From an uncultured Pelagibacteraceae bacterium (GTDB lineage Bacteria; Pseudomonadota; Alphaproteobacteria; Pelagibacterales; Pelagibacteraceae): a stretch of 64,000 nt of DNA. Made by a program: the position numbers and the translations under genes. The notes under the pieces were generated by a model. The model was given only the letters and a program-made list of their open reading frames with translations, was not told the DNA's origin and searched no databases. Shown one piece after another: positions 1 to 10,110 of the stretch. Where the stretch lies: the NCBI GenBank assembly GCA_902588585.1, contig CACIPQ010000002.1, forward strand, positions 28,911 through 92,910. The letters are read 5' to 3'. Each line of letters starts with the position of its first letter. Positions within the stretch are counted from its first letter, which is position 1.

Positions 1-1058
1 GATATGTTTGACTTGTTTGAGTTTAAAAAATCTTTATTTTTTTCTTTAAACCTCTTATTTAAAGCTTTTAAAAAACTTTCAACGTCACTTACGACAGGAA
101 GATCTACTTTAATATTTTTTCCAATCGAAGATGGATCGATATCAACATGAATTTTTTTTGACTTAGGTGAAAACTCATCAACCTTTCCTGTTATTCTATC
201 GTCAAATCTCGCGCCAATATTAATCATAAGATCACAACTGTACATGGCATTGTTGGCCTCGTATGTTCCATGCATTCCTAACATTCCTAAAAATAAAGGG
301 TCGTCTCCAGGATAAGCTCCCAAGCCTTGAAGGGTAGAAGTAATTGGAAATCCTGTTAGTGCAACAAGTTCTCTTAATAATTTGCTGGCTTCAGGTCCAG
401 AGTTTATTACTCCGCCTCCAGTATAAAAAATTGGTCTCGAAGATTTTTTCATCATATTTACAACTTTGTCAATTTCTGTATTACTAACTTTTCCATTTAG
501 TTTTCCGTTAACTTGTTTCTTTTTTTTATTTTTTAAAACAAATTCAGTTTTTTTAAATTGAATATCTTTTGGTATGTCCACTAAAACTGGGCCAGGTCTT
601 CCTGTAGTTGCAACTTCAAATGCACGATCCATAACCGCAGCTAAATCTTTTACATCTTTGACCAACCAATTATGTTTTGTACATGGTCTAGTAATTCCAG
701 TTGTATCACATTCTTGAAATGCATCTGTTCCTATCAAGTGGGTTGGAACTTGACCGCTTATACAAACAATTGGAACTGAATCCATATACGCATCCGTTAA
801 TGCTGTTACTGCATTAGTGGCTCCTGGACCAGACGTAACTAGCATGACGCCAGGTTTTCCTGAAGAACGCGCGTATCCTTCCGCAGCGTGTCCTGCTCCT
901 TGCTCGTGACGAGCTAGAATATGTTTTATTGTTTTATGATTTTTTAATTCATCATAAATCGGTAGTACCGCACCACCTGGATAACCGAATATATGTTCTA
1001 CTTTATGATGCTCTAAAACCTTAAAAACAATTTCTGCACCTGAAAATAATTTCCCCAT
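1..1058 (-). CDS. ilvB: Acetolactate synthase (AHAS) large subunit, N-terminal part; the gene continues past the left window edge
   Basis: Absent from the ORF track because it is open at the edge. Hand translation of the minus strand from the ATG at 1058-1056 gives MGKLFSGAEIVFKVLEHHKVEHIFGYPGGAVLPIYDEL..., a ThDP-enzyme N-terminal domain typical of AHAS large subunits. The paralogue (ilvB/I/G) cannot be decided. Confidence 0.8.
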   Translation of the reverse strand, partial: MGKLFSGAEIVFKVLEHHKVEHIFGYPGGAVLPIYDELKNHKTIKHILARHEQGAGHAAEGYARSSGKPGVMLVTSGPGATNAVTALTDAYMDSVPIVCISGQVPTHLIGTDAFQECDTTGITRPCTKHNWLVKDVKDLAAVMDRAFEVATTGRPGPVLVDIPKDIQFKKTEFVLKNKKKKQVNGKLNGKVSNTEIDKVVNMMKKSSRPIFYTGGGVINSGPEASKLLRELVALTGFPITSTLQGLGAYPGDDPLFLGMLGMHGTYEANNAMYSCDLMINIGARFDDRITGKVDEFSPKSKKIHVDIDPSSIGKNIKVDLPVVSDVESFLKALNKRFKEKNKDFLNSNKSNI

Positions 1059-1089
1059 AAAATGTAATCTATCTTAGGGAAATTTTGGG

Positions 1090-1983
1090 TCAAGTTTTAG
1101 ATAAATAACTTAGAATTTTTTTTCTTAAATCAAGATAATTGGTATCACTAAAACCCTTCCAATCCTTCATCTGACCTCTTTGCCAGGTAAGCTGCCTCTT
1201 TGCGTATTGCCTAGTTCTTATAAGAACTTTATCTTTAAGCTCATCTAATGAAATTTTTTTGCTTAAAAATTCAGATATTTCCTTAATACCAATTATAAAA
1301 TTGGATGAATTTACAGAATTCACTCGAATTTTTTTAAAATTTTCAGCCTCTTGGATAGCCCCTTTTTGTAACATTTCATCAAATCTTTTTTTAATTCTCT
1401 TTTCTATTTCTGGCTTTGCTGGGTGAAGAAAAATTTTTATAAATTCTTTAGTCTTGAAAATTTTCTTATTTTTTTTCTGCCATAGCCACAAAGGTTTTCC
1501 CGTATGTTTATAAACGGAAAATGCTCTTTGCACTCTCTGCTTATCGCTTGTTAGTATGCCTTTAAAAATTTTAGGGTTTTTTAAAATATAATTTTTGTCT
1601 AATTTTGAGTTCATATTTGCTTTCGGAATCTCGGGTATTTCAGATAAACCGTTAGTTAAGGCTTTAAAATACAGTCCTGTACCACCAACTATTAATGCTA
1701 TTTTTCCTTTTTTGTTTATTTCTTTAATTTTTTTTGCCGCTAACTTATACCAAGAGCCGGTGGAGAAGTTTTTCTTTACCGAAAGAAAGCCGTATAAATG
1801 ATGAGTTATACTTTTATCATTAGGTCTAGCTGATAAAATTTTAACCTCTTTGTATACTTGCATGCTATCTGCATTAACAATTTCACCATTATATTCTCTA
1901 GCAATGTCCAAAGCTAATCTTGATTTTCCTGAAGCGGTTGGGCCAAATAAAAGTATTATTTTTTTTTTTATTTTTTTTGACAA
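1090..1983 (-). CDS. miaA: tRNA dimethylallyltransferase
   Basis: 297 aa with the N-terminal P-loop LLFGPTASGKSRLALDIA, and MiaA-like length and layout. Confidence 0.9.
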   Translation of the reverse strand: MSKKIKKKIILLFGPTASGKSRLALDIAREYNGEIVNADSMQVYKEVKILSARPNDKSITHHLYGFLSVKKNFSTGSWYKLAAKKIKEINKKGKIALIVGGTGLYFKALTNGLSEIPEIPKANMNSKLDKNYILKNPKIFKGILTSDKQRVQRAFSVYKHTGKPLWLWQKKNKKIFKTKEFIKIFLHPAKPEIEKRIKKRFDEMLQKGAIQEAENFKKIRVNSVNSSNFIIGIKEISEFLSKKISLDELKDKVLIRTRQYAKRQLTWQRGQMKDWKGFSDTNYLDLRKKILSYLSKT

Positions 1984-1988
1984 ACTTT

Positions 1989-3095
1989 TTACTTTTTAAA
2001 GTCTTTGGCTGACTCCATTCTTCCTAGAGTCAGTCTTTTTGTAATTAATTTTTTATCTCTCCAGATTTTAACAGTAACTTTTGAGTTGGGTTCTGTATTT
2101 GCAACAACTCTTGGAAGGTTTCTCATAGTTTTTATTTTTTGACCATCAAATTCCAAAATAATATCAGCAATTTTTACTCCTCCCTTTTCAGCAGGACTTC
2201 CTTCAGAGACTCCTCCTATAAATGCTCCCTTTGGTTCATTCAATCCTGCAACCTGAGCCATTTCCTTTGTGACTTGTTGAATTCTAACTCCCAACCATCC
2301 TCTTTTTGTTTCACCGTACTTTATTAACTGGTCAATAACAGTTGAAGCGTAATTTGCAGGAATTGCAAAACCAATTCCGCTACTTGCTCCAGACGGACTG
2401 ATAATAGCTGTATTAATTCCAATTACATCTCCGTCCATATTAAATAATGGACCTCCTGAATTACCTTGGTTGATTGATGCGTCAGTTTGAATAAAATCAT
2501 CGTAACGAGTTAGATTTATATCTCGATTTCTTGCAGAAATTATTCCTGAAGTTACGGTGCCCCCTAAACCAAAAGGATTTCCAATTGCTACTACCCAATC
2601 TCCAACTCTAGATTTATCAGAGTTACCAAACTCTACTGTTTTGAATTTCTCTGATGATTCAATTTTTAATACAGCAATGTCTGAATATGGATCTGCTCCC
2701 AAAACTTTGGCTTCATATTCTTTATTATTTACTCTTACGATAATATCTTCCGCATTTGCAATAACATGATTATTTGTAATTACAGTCCCATTTTTTTTAA
2801 CAATAAATCCTGACCCTAGAGAAGTTGCTTTTCTCTCTGTTGGTTTTTGAAATTCTTTAAACATGTCTTCAAATGGAGATCCGGGCGGAAATTGAAATGG
2901 AAAAGGATTTGACTGAGTTTTAATTGTTTGGGTTGTTGAAATATTAACAACAGACGGCATTAACTTTTCTGCTAAGTCTGCAAATGATGCGGGCGGATTT
3001 TTAGCTCTTCCTTCAATATTAAAGATAAAATAAAAAAATATGAAGAAGACAAATAATTTTTTAGAACTAAATTTCATCATCCCTTTATATACCAA
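1989..3095 (-). CDS. degP: Periplasmic serine endoprotease, DegP/HtrA family (single PDZ)
   Basis: Signal-peptide-like N-terminus. Trypsin-fold triad contexts TNNHV, DIAVLKI and GNSGGPL, followed by a C-terminal PDZ-like segment. Confidence 0.9.
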   Translation of the reverse strand: MVYKGMMKFSSKKLFVFFIFFYFIFNIEGRAKNPPASFADLAEKLMPSVVNISTTQTIKTQSNPFPFQFPPGSPFEDMFKEFQKPTERKATSLGSGFIVKKNGTVITNNHVIANAEDIIVRVNNKEYEAKVLGADPYSDIAVLKIESSEKFKTVEFGNSDKSRVGDWVVAIGNPFGLGGTVTSGIISARNRDINLTRYDDFIQTDASINQGNSGGPLFNMDGDVIGINTAIISPSGASSGIGFAIPANYASTVIDQLIKYGETKRGWLGVRIQQVTKEMAQVAGLNEPKGAFIGGVSEGSPAEKGGVKIADIILEFDGQKIKTMRNLPRVVANTEPNSKVTVKIWRDKKLITKRLTLGRMESAKDFKK

Positions 3096-3262
3096 ATAAT
3101 AATAAACCCAATTACCGCAAAAACTATGCCGATTATTCTTAAATTATTTGCTGGCATAGCCTCAATTAATTTAGACATATTCTTGATTTTTGACGGAAAC
3201 AAGGCGCAAAGCAAACCCTCAATAAACAAAACCAAACCAATGGCAATAATGAGTTCCTTCAA
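3077..3262 (-). CDS. Small two-helix membrane protein (DUF2065-like)
   Basis: 61 aa, almost entirely hydrophobic. It lies between hflC and degP and overlaps the degP start by 19 nt. The family call rests on position and size only. Confidence 0.5.
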   Translation of the reverse strand: MKELIIAIGLVLFIEGLLCALFPSKIKNMSKLIEAMPANNLRIIGIVFAVIGFIIIWYIKG

Positions 3263-3271
3263 GCCGTAGCC

Positions 3272-4138
3272 TTATTGTTTTTTAATTAATCCAGATTTTC
3301 CAAAAAATTTAAAGAAATCGCTATCCGGTGATAATATAAGTGAAGTATCTCCACCTATTAATGCCTTTTCGTAAGATTGCATTGCACGATAAAATGCAAA
3401 GAATTTTGGATCTCTTCCGAAGGCTTCTGCAAAAATTTTGTTTCTCTGACCGTCGCCTTCTCCCTTCATAATCTCAGATTGTTTATTTGCATTGGCTAAG
3501 ATTACTGTTACTTCTTTATCTGCTGTTGAAGTTATTTTAGCTGCCATCTCGGCTCCTTGCGCTCTAAATTCTTTTGCTTCTCTTTCTCTTTCAGTTTGCA
3601 TTCGTTTAAATATTGCTTCGCTGTTTGCCTGTGGTAAGTCTGCTCGTTTAATTCTCACATCAACAATTGTAATTCCAAAGTTTTGAGCTTCTGTATTTAC
3701 ATCATTTTGAATTGAGGCCATATGCACAGCTCTGTCTGTCGATAATAATGTTGCGAGCTGTTGTGTACCTAATACACTTCTTATTCTTGAATTTATAATC
3801 GTTGCCAGTCTCGATCTTGCAACCCTTTCATTTCCAACTGATATATAAAATTTTAATGGGTCTACAATTTTAAATCGAGCAAAAGCATCCACTATTAATC
3901 TTTTTTGATCTGCAGCGATAACTTCTTCTGGTGGAGTGTCTAAATTTAATACTCTTCTATCAAGATAAGCAACATTTTGTATAAAAGGAATTTTAAAATT
4001 TAATCCAGGTTTAGTAATTATTCTTTTAGGATCACCAAATTGTAAAACAATTGCTTGGTTAATTTCTTGAACTATAAAGACAGACTGATAAGCAACTACG
4101 GCTAAAACTACTATAAAAGGTATTAAAATTTTTCTCAT
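3272..4138 (-). CDS. hflC: Protease modulator HflC (SPFH/band-7)
   Basis: 288 aa with an N-terminal TM helix followed by an SPFH domain. It overlaps the hflK stop by 4 nt. Confidence 0.9.
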   Translation of the reverse strand: MRKILIPFIVVLAVVAYQSVFIVQEINQAIVLQFGDPKRIITKPGLNFKIPFIQNVAYLDRRVLNLDTPPEEVIAADQKRLIVDAFARFKIVDPLKFYISVGNERVARSRLATIINSRIRSVLGTQQLATLLSTDRAVHMASIQNDVNTEAQNFGITIVDVRIKRADLPQANSEAIFKRMQTEREREAKEFRAQGAEMAAKITSTADKEVTVILANANKQSEIMKGEGDGQRNKIFAEAFGRDPKFFAFYRAMQSYEKALIGGDTSLILSPDSDFFKFFGKSGLIKKQ

Positions 4139-5241
4139 TGTTTAGCCTTCTTTTTAATTTCTGGAAGAGGAAGGTATGGAACTACTCCTGAGCCAGAGTT
4201 TTTATCAATAATTACTTTATCAATATCAGCTAAAACTCTTTCCATAGTTTCTAAATACATTCTCTCTTGGGTTACCTGTTTTGCTTTAGCATACTCATTA
4301 TAAATTGCTATAAATCTACTTGCTTCACCTTCTGCAGCAGCTACAACTTGTTTCTTGTAGGCTTCAGCTTGTTGTAAAATTTTTTCTGCCTCTCCACGTG
4401 CTCTCGGTATAACGTCGTTCGCATAAGCTTCGGCTTCATTCTTAGATCTTTCTCTGTCTGCTCTTGCTGCTTGAACATCTCTAAACGCATCAATAACCTG
4501 ATCAGGTGGGTCAGCTTTTTGTGTTTGAACCTGTGTAATTTGAATACCCGATCCATATTCATCTAAAATTCCTTGAGTAATTTCTTCAACTTCATTTTCT
4601 ATTTTTGATCTTCCTTCCGTTAAGATAGATTGAATTCTACTTTTGGCTATGACCTCTCTCATTGCTGTTTCTGAGGCTGCTTTAACTGTCTCCAATGGAC
4701 TTTGAATATTAAAAAGAAATTTTCCCGCATCTTTGATTACCCAAAAAACTGAATAATCAATATCAACTATATTTTCGTCTCCTGTTAACATTAAACTTTC
4801 TTCTGAAACATCTCCTATACCTGAAGTTCTTCCGGTATCACTTGCAGATCTAAAACCAACATCAATACGATTAACTTTTGTGACTTTGGGTGTAAAGACT
4901 CTCTCTACTGGAAAAGGAATATGATAATTCAATCCTGGTTGGGTAGTTTTGGTAAATTCTCCAAAACGTAAAACTACACCCTGCTCATCTGGTAAAACTC
5001 TGTAAAGACCACTTAGTCCCCAAAGAACTACTAAAACTAAAAGTCCTAAATAAATTGGCTTATTACCCCCGCTTCTTCCGCCTGGAAAAATTCTTCCAAC
5101 CGAGCCTTGGGCTTTTCTGATCAAATCGTCAATATTAGGAGGCGGTCTTCTTTTCCCTGAACCATTACCGTCTCCACTTCCTCCGCCTGGAGGAGCTCCC
5201 CATGGGGATTCTCTTTTAAATATATAATCCTTAAAAGACAT
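4135..5241 (-). CDS. hflK: Protease modulator HflK (SPFH/band-7)
   Basis: Gly/Pro-rich N-terminus (SPWGAPPGGGSGDGNGSGKRRPPPNIDDL), then a TM helix, SPFH domain and coiled-coil tail. Confidence 0.9.
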   Translation of the reverse strand: MSFKDYIFKRESPWGAPPGGGSGDGNGSGKRRPPPNIDDLIRKAQGSVGRIFPGGRSGGNKPIYLGLLVLVVLWGLSGLYRVLPDEQGVVLRFGEFTKTTQPGLNYHIPFPVERVFTPKVTKVNRIDVGFRSASDTGRTSGIGDVSEESLMLTGDENIVDIDYSVFWVIKDAGKFLFNIQSPLETVKAASETAMREVIAKSRIQSILTEGRSKIENEVEEITQGILDEYGSGIQITQVQTQKADPPDQVIDAFRDVQAARADRERSKNEAEAYANDVIPRARGEAEKILQQAEAYKKQVVAAAEGEASRFIAIYNEYAKAKQVTQERMYLETMERVLADIDKVIIDKNSGSGVVPYLPLPEIKKKAKQ

Positions 5242-5295
5242 TACACTTTATATAATGACTTTTTAGATAAAAACAAGTTGTGATACAGTGTCATA

Positions 5296-6120
5296 ATGTC
5301 TGATAATAAAGGTAAAATGGGTGAAAGTTTAAAAGAAAAAACCACACCAAAAAATTTTAAGAAAAATCCAATAAAAGGAACAAAATTTACCGTAATGGTA
5401 TCTAGTGCTAAAGGAGGCGTTGGAAAATCTACGTTTGCTATAAATTTAACTTTTGCTCTGCAGAAACTTGGAAAAAAAGTTGGCTTATTGGATGCAGACA
5501 TTCATGGTCCATCTTTACCAAAAATGATTGGGTTAAATGAAAAACCAAAAAGCGATGGAAAGCTTTTGTTTCCTCTAGAAAAATACGGGGCACAATTTAT
5601 GTCTTTGGGTTTTTTGGTGGACGAAAAAACTCCCATGATTTGGAGAGGTCCAATGGTAATCAGTGCTATAAAGACACTAACGGAAAAAGTTTCATGGAAA
5701 GATTTAGATTTTTTAATTATTGATATGCCTCCAGGCACTGGTGACACTCAGCTCACTTTTGCTCAAGATGTAAAAATCGATGGAGCCATTATAATTTCAA
5801 CACCTCAAGAGTTGGCTTTAATGGATGTTCAAAGAGGAATTCAAATGTTTGATAAAACAAAAATAAAAATTATAGGTCTAGTTGATAATATGAGTTTTTT
5901 TAAAGGTGAAGATGGGAAAAAATATAATATTTTTGGTGAAGGTGGAGTTGAAAAAACTGCAAAACAATTTGATAAGAAATTTCTTGGTCAAGTTCCTATT
6001 AGTACTTCGCTTAGAGAATCTGCAGATCTAGGTTTACCATTAACTTACAAGGAACCAGATCACGAAATATCTAAAATTTTTTCTGATATTGCAAACAAAA
6101 TTATGCAAGATGTTGTTTAA
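5296..6120 (+). CDS. mrp: Mrp/ApbC/NBP35-family P-loop ATPase (cysteine-free variant)
   Basis: Deviant Walker [12 protein letters not shown], plus [18 protein letters not shown] and VDNMSFF blocks. See the finding on the missing CxxC motif. Confidence 0.85.
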   Translation: MSDNKGKMGESLKEKTTPKNFKKNPIKGTKFTVMVSSAKGGVGKSTFAINLTFALQKLGKKVGLLDADIHGPSLPKMIGLNEKPKSDGKLLFPLEKYGAQFMSLGFLVDEKTPMIWRGPMVISAIKTLTEKVSWKDLDFLIIDMPPGTGDTQLTFAQDVKIDGAIIISTPQELALMDVQRGIQMFDKTKIKIIGLVDNMSFFKGEDGKKYNIFGEGGVEKTAKQFDKKFLGQVPISTSLRESADLGLPLTYKEPDHEISKIFSDIANKIMQDVV

Positions 6121-7048
6121 AACCAAAAGATTCCATTAGTTCATTCCACTCTCTTTTAGATAAACCTGATGAACTAATATCGCACTTTTCACCTTTTATC
6201 ATCTTTTGAATTACAATTTTGCCTTTAGCTGAAAGTTCCATTCCACCCACTCTATAATCTATGAAAGCATCATAAGTTATTGGAACCCATTTTTTAATAC
6301 TGTTCATCATTACATTTGCGTATTCCCTAATTTCATATTGAGCATGACTGTCTGCTCTTAAAGATAAAAAATTTAATAAATTTAATAAATCTGTTTTCCA
6401 ATACCATTGAGTGTATGAATTTAGAGTTAAATTCATTCTAGCTAACTCTCTTGCCAAGCCTTGCTTTTTATCATCAATAATACTGCCATCGTACTTTTCA
6501 TTAAGCATTTCTTCATAATGCTGATAGTTTCGTTCTGCATCTTCTTTTAAAATTTTTAAAATACTGTCTGCCTGTGTTCCGTTAATTAAATTACCTCTAC
6601 CTTGTCTATTATTTGTAGATTGTGCAGCTAAATTTTCTTTTGATGGAACATAAAATTCTTTATCCATAATAGAATATCTTGCTGAATATTCATTTACATT
6701 CGCGGTTCTATGTCTAATCCACTGTCTTGCGATAAAAATTGGTAGTTTAATATGATATTTAATTTCACACATCTCGAAAGGAGTGCTGTGTCGATGCCTC
6801 ATTAAATATTTTATTAGACCGCTATCTGTCGAAACTTTTTTAGTTCCTTTTCCATAAGAAACTCTCGCTGATTGAACTATTGATGTATCATCACCCATAT
6901 AATCAACTACTCTTACAAAACCATGATCAAGAACAGGCATTGCTTCGTAAAGAATTTTTTCTAATTCTGGTGAGGTCACTCTTTTAGTAACGTTTTTTTG
7001 TGACTGTTGGTCTAAAATTTCTTGTTTTTGTTCTTTTGTGAGCTTCAT
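6101..7048 (-). CDS. thyX: Flavin-dependent thymidylate synthase
   Basis: The ThyX signature RHR-x7-S-x-R is present as [13 protein letters not shown]. Confidence 0.9.
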   Translation of the reverse strand: MKLTKEQKQEILDQQSQKNVTKRVTSPELEKILYEAMPVLDHGFVRVVDYMGDDTSIVQSARVSYGKGTKKVSTDSGLIKYLMRHRHSTPFEMCEIKYHIKLPIFIARQWIRHRTANVNEYSARYSIMDKEFYVPSKENLAAQSTNNRQGRGNLINGTQADSILKILKEDAERNYQHYEEMLNEKYDGSIIDDKKQGLARELARMNLTLNSYTQWYWKTDLLNLLNFLSLRADSHAQYEIREYANVMMNSIKKWVPITYDAFIDYRVGGMELSAKGKIVIQKMIKGEKCDISSSGLSKREWNELMESFGFKQHLA

Positions 7049-7099
7049 TAGAAATATTTATTGAATCTTTATATTTTGATTTTATATTATATCTGTTGG

Positions 7100-7352
7100 T
7101 TTTCCAACTATGACGATAAACGAGTTTCGTAATAAACATTGCGGACGTGGGGGCAGTACCCACCACCTCCACCATTTACAACTTATGGGGGTGAATCAGA
7201 ATCGACGGGTGTCTAAAGGCTATTCTTTCGTTCGAGATGGTTCCGACGTAACGGGCTAATTTTAAATGCAAATAATAAATTTGCACTTGCTGCTTAATTA
7301 ACTTTGTTAATTAGGTAAACGGGGTTTGGGGCACCTGGCAACAGAACGCCCC
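7100..7352 (+). ncRNA. ssrA: Two-piece (circularly permuted) tmRNA gene: acceptor piece, 12-nt spacer, then coding piece
   Basis: T-arm gtggg(7147-7151)/cccac(7159-7163), 3' acceptor strand cacctcc(7164-7170) and ACCA(7171-7174) lie UPSTREAM of the 5' strand gggggtg(7187-7193). That strand pairs with the acceptor strand, including a G3:U70-type wobble. The segment GGGGGTGAATCAGAATCGACGGG resembles the canonical tmRNA 5' end. The tag frame is at 7268-7297. Outer boundaries are uncertain by about 30 nt. Confidence 0.85.
7268..7297 (+). other. tmRNA tag reading frame encoding ANNKFALAA followed by a stop
   Basis: gca aat aat aaa ttt gca ctt gct gct taa. It has a GCA resume codon after an A/U-rich tract and ends in the hydrophobic LAA degron typical of tmRNA tags. 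Confidence 0.8.
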
Positions 7353-7354
7353 TT

Positions 7355-8293
7355 CTAATTTTCTAATATTTTTCTTATTCCCGCCTTTAAACTATACCTG
7401 GGTTTAAAGCCAAGTTTTTTAATTTTTTTAATATCAGGAACTCTAATTGTGGTTCCTCCTTTTTTGAGTGGAGATTTTTTCAATATAATTTTCTTATTTA
7501 AAATTTTTGAAATTGTTAAAGCTAATTTTTTCATAGTGATTTTTTCTGTTGTTCCAATATTATAAATATTTAAGTGCTTTCCTTTTTTAATTATTAGTTC
7601 AAATGCTTTTACAAAATCATCTATAAATATAAATGATCTTATCTCGTTGCCAGTGCCTTGAATCTTAAATTTTTTACCCTTTAAATTTTTAAATCTTGCT
7701 AAAAATTCAGGTATCACATGTTCCGTTCCCATATTTAAACCGTAGACATTGTGTGGTCTAAAGATAATTAGTTTTTTAAAAAGTTTTCTTCCTAAATTAA
7801 TGCCCATTACTTCGGTTAAAATCTTTCCTACACCATAAGAATAACGGGGGTTATAAACGTCGGGTACTTTTAACATTTCGTTTTCTGTAGTTGGAATTTT
7901 AAGAGGTGTTTGGTAGACCTCTGAACTAGACGCTAAATATAACTCTTTAATTTTATATTTAACGCATCCGTCTAGAACGTTTAACAATCCTTTTACAGCC
8001 ACATCTAAAACTAAATTTGGTTTTGAGTAAAAATATTTTGTTCCATTAACATACGCAAGATGTATAACAGCATCAATATTGTTTAAACATTTAAAAAATT
8101 TTTTTCTATTTCTTACGTCTCCCTTAATAAAATTTATTTTTTTTTTGGACCTTAATTTTTTAATGGAACCCCTAAAATTATTATCAAAAATGGTAACTCT
8201 AAATCCTTGTCTGATAAGACTTTCTGTAATGTTTCTTCCTATAAACCCGGTACCACCAGTTATTAGATAAGATTTAGTTTTTTTTTTAAACAT
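7355..8293 (-). CDS. Extended-SDR NAD-dependent sugar epimerase/dehydratase (UDP-glucuronate decarboxylase/ArnA-C-terminal-like)
   Basis: Rossmann motif ITGGTGFIGRN, catalytic ASSSEVY and YSYGVGK (YxxxK). It is the last gene of a tightly packed sugar operon. Confidence 0.7.
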   Translation of the reverse strand: MFKKKTKSYLITGGTGFIGRNITESLIRQGFRVTIFDNNFRGSIKKLRSKKKINFIKGDVRNRKKFFKCLNNIDAVIHLAYVNGTKYFYSKPNLVLDVAVKGLLNVLDGCVKYKIKELYLASSSEVYQTPLKIPTTENEMLKVPDVYNPRYSYGVGKILTEVMGINLGRKLFKKLIIFRPHNVYGLNMGTEHVIPEFLARFKNLKGKKFKIQGTGNEIRSFIFIDDFVKAFELIIKKGKHLNIYNIGTTEKITMKKLALTISKILNKKIILKKSPLKKGGTTIRVPDIKKIKKLGFKPRYSLKAGIRKILEN

Positions 8294-8294
8294 T

Positions 8295-9005
8295 TTATTT
8301 TATATTTTTTATACCCCAAATGAACCATCTTAAATATTCTATTAACCAAGGACCAAATTTAAAAGTCGAAGAACCTCCAAAAAGCCTATCAACTGATTTT
8401 AAGGGAAATTCGTCAATTTTATATTTTTTAAGATAAACTTTAATTGAAAGTTCAAATGAAAATGCCCATCCTATGGGTTTAGATTCCAATTTTATTGATT
8501 GCCAAATATTTTTTTTCATCATTTTTATACCCGTTGTACAGTCCGAAAGGGGAATTTTTGTAAAAAATTTAAATGATTTATTTGCAACTCTTGAAAAAAT
8601 TGAACCAATTAATGAACCTCCGAGTCTTATACCTCCTTTGGCATATCGAGTTCCACTTACAAAGTCTAAATCGTTTTGGATAAAATGAGATATCATTTTA
8701 TCAACTGCAACTATTGGAAATATTTCATCAACAGCTGTTATTAAAATTATTTCATATTTTGCATTCTGCACACCAGCCTCAACCGCATGTCTAACGCCTT
8801 TTTCTATTTTGTTATGTACCAACTTTATATTGTCAAATTCTTTAACTAGACTTTGTGCAACATTAATAGCGTTATCTTGTTCCGAGTCATAAACGATTAT
8901 AATTTCTTTAGGAAATTTAATTGAAGAATTAAGCAATCTTACCATAATAGGAAGGCTATCTCTTTCGTTAAATATTGGTAAAATTATTGATAATTCTTTT
9001 TTCAT
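8295..9005 (-). CDS. Family-2 glycosyltransferase (polyprenyl-phosphate sugar transferase, ArnC/Dpm1-like)
   Basis: N-terminal LSIILPIFNE...IIIVYDSEQD GT-A/GT2 signature in a 236-aa protein. Substrate is inferred from operon context only. Confidence 0.65.
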   Translation of the reverse strand: MKKELSIILPIFNERDSLPIMVRLLNSSIKFPKEIIIVYDSEQDNAINVAQSLVKEFDNIKLVHNKIEKGVRHAVEAGVQNAKYEIILITAVDEIFPIVAVDKMISHFIQNDLDFVSGTRYAKGGIRLGGSLIGSIFSRVANKSFKFFTKIPLSDCTTGIKMMKKNIWQSIKLESKPIGWAFSFELSIKVYLKKYKIDEFPLKSVDRLFGGSSTFKFGPWLIEYLRWFIWGIKNIK

Positions 9006-10108
9006 TAATTGTTATTTTTTAAAAATAAATTTATTAAGTTACATACTTTTTTTTGCTCTTTTAAACTCATGTCTAGAGATGACGGAAGCCACATCATTTT
9101 TTTTTGTATTTTCTTAGAATTAGACAACGTTTGGAAAGAAGATTTGTAAGGAAAGCAAGTATTCATGGGATGCCAGTAATATCTACAAATAACATTTTTT
9201 GCTTTTAAAAAATTAAATAATTTATTTCTTTTTTCACAATATACATCTGTCCATAAAGGAAGTTCTCCTTTTTTAAAATTAAAATTTATTATTTTAAATT
9301 TTGAATTTTGGCGAATATTTTTTACATAATATTCGTGTATCTTATTCAGTTTTTTCATTCTCCAGTTTATATTTTTTAATTGGGAAAGGCCTAATGAAGA
9401 TTGTAGGTTTGAAAATTTAAAATTATAACCTTTTGATCTGTAACTGTCCTCTCCTCCTGAAGTTAGCCCAACTCTTCCTTGATCTTTTAATCTTTTAAGA
9501 TTTAAATAAATTTTTTTACTATTAGTGACTACTACTCCCCCTTGACCAGTTGTAATTATTTTATTAGGTGCAAATGAAAAACAACCTGCCTCACCAAAGG
9601 TACCCAGAAATTTTTTTTCATATTTTGATCCAAATGCTTCAGCTGCGTCCTCAATAATCTTAATTGATTTCTTTCTGCAAATATTAACAATGTTTTTAAT
9701 ATTTTTTCCTCTTCCAGAAACATGAACGGGAATTAAAAATTTTGTTTTCTTAGTTATTTTTTTTAATAAAGCTTTTTCATCGATCAAAAGGTTTTTTTGA
9801 TTGATATCAACTAAAACTGGTTTTGCTCCTGCCATTGCTACAGCATTAGCGGTGGCTGGAAAAGTTATATTTGGAATTATAACTTCATCATTATTTTTAA
9901 CGCCGCATGCCTTCAATGCTAAAAAAATTGCTGTTGTTCCGCTGGTTGTTGTAGCTGCATACTTAACTTTTAAAAAATTACATATTTTTTTTTCAAATTC
10001 TTTTGTTTGTTTTCCTTCATTAGGAAAATTATTTTTAAGAACATTTCTAGTTATATTTATGGTATCGGTTATATTTATTAAGGGTTTAGATAGAATTATC
10101 TTTTTCAT
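9005..10108 (-). CDS. DegT/DnrJ/EryC1/StrS-family PLP sugar aminotransferase (ArnB-like)
   Basis: 367 aa with ATTTSGTTAIFLAL and IIEDAAEAFGS blocks, and an FSFAPNKIITTGQGG Lys-containing block typical of sugar 4- or 3-aminotransferases. Confidence 0.8.
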   Translation of the reverse strand: MKKIILSKPLINITDTINITRNVLKNNFPNEGKQTKEFEKKICNFLKVKYAATTTSGTTAIFLALKACGVKNNDEVIIPNITFPATANAVAMAGAKPVLVDINQKNLLIDEKALLKKITKKTKFLIPVHVSGRGKNIKNIVNICRKKSIKIIEDAAEAFGSKYEKKFLGTFGEAGCFSFAPNKIITTGQGGVVVTNSKKIYLNLKRLKDQGRVGLTSGGEDSYRSKGYNFKFSNLQSSLGLSQLKNINWRMKKLNKIHEYYVKNIRQNSKFKIINFNFKKGELPLWTDVYCEKRNKLFNFLKAKNVICRYYWHPMNTCFPYKSSFQTLSNSKKIQKKMMWLPSSLDMSLKEQKKVCNLINLFLKNNN

Positions 10109-10110
10109 TT

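Noticed and set aside
6984-7175. 63-aa minus-strand ORF spanning the thyX start region and the tmRNA acceptor piece
   Set aside because: The region is explained by the thyX 5' end and the tmRNA gene, and the peptide has no recognisable features.
7325-7352. ggggc...gcccc hairpin considered as an independent bidirectional terminator between ssrA and the SDR gene
   Set aside because: It cannot be separated from the terminal helix of the tmRNA coding piece without a covariance model, so it is folded into the ssrA feature.
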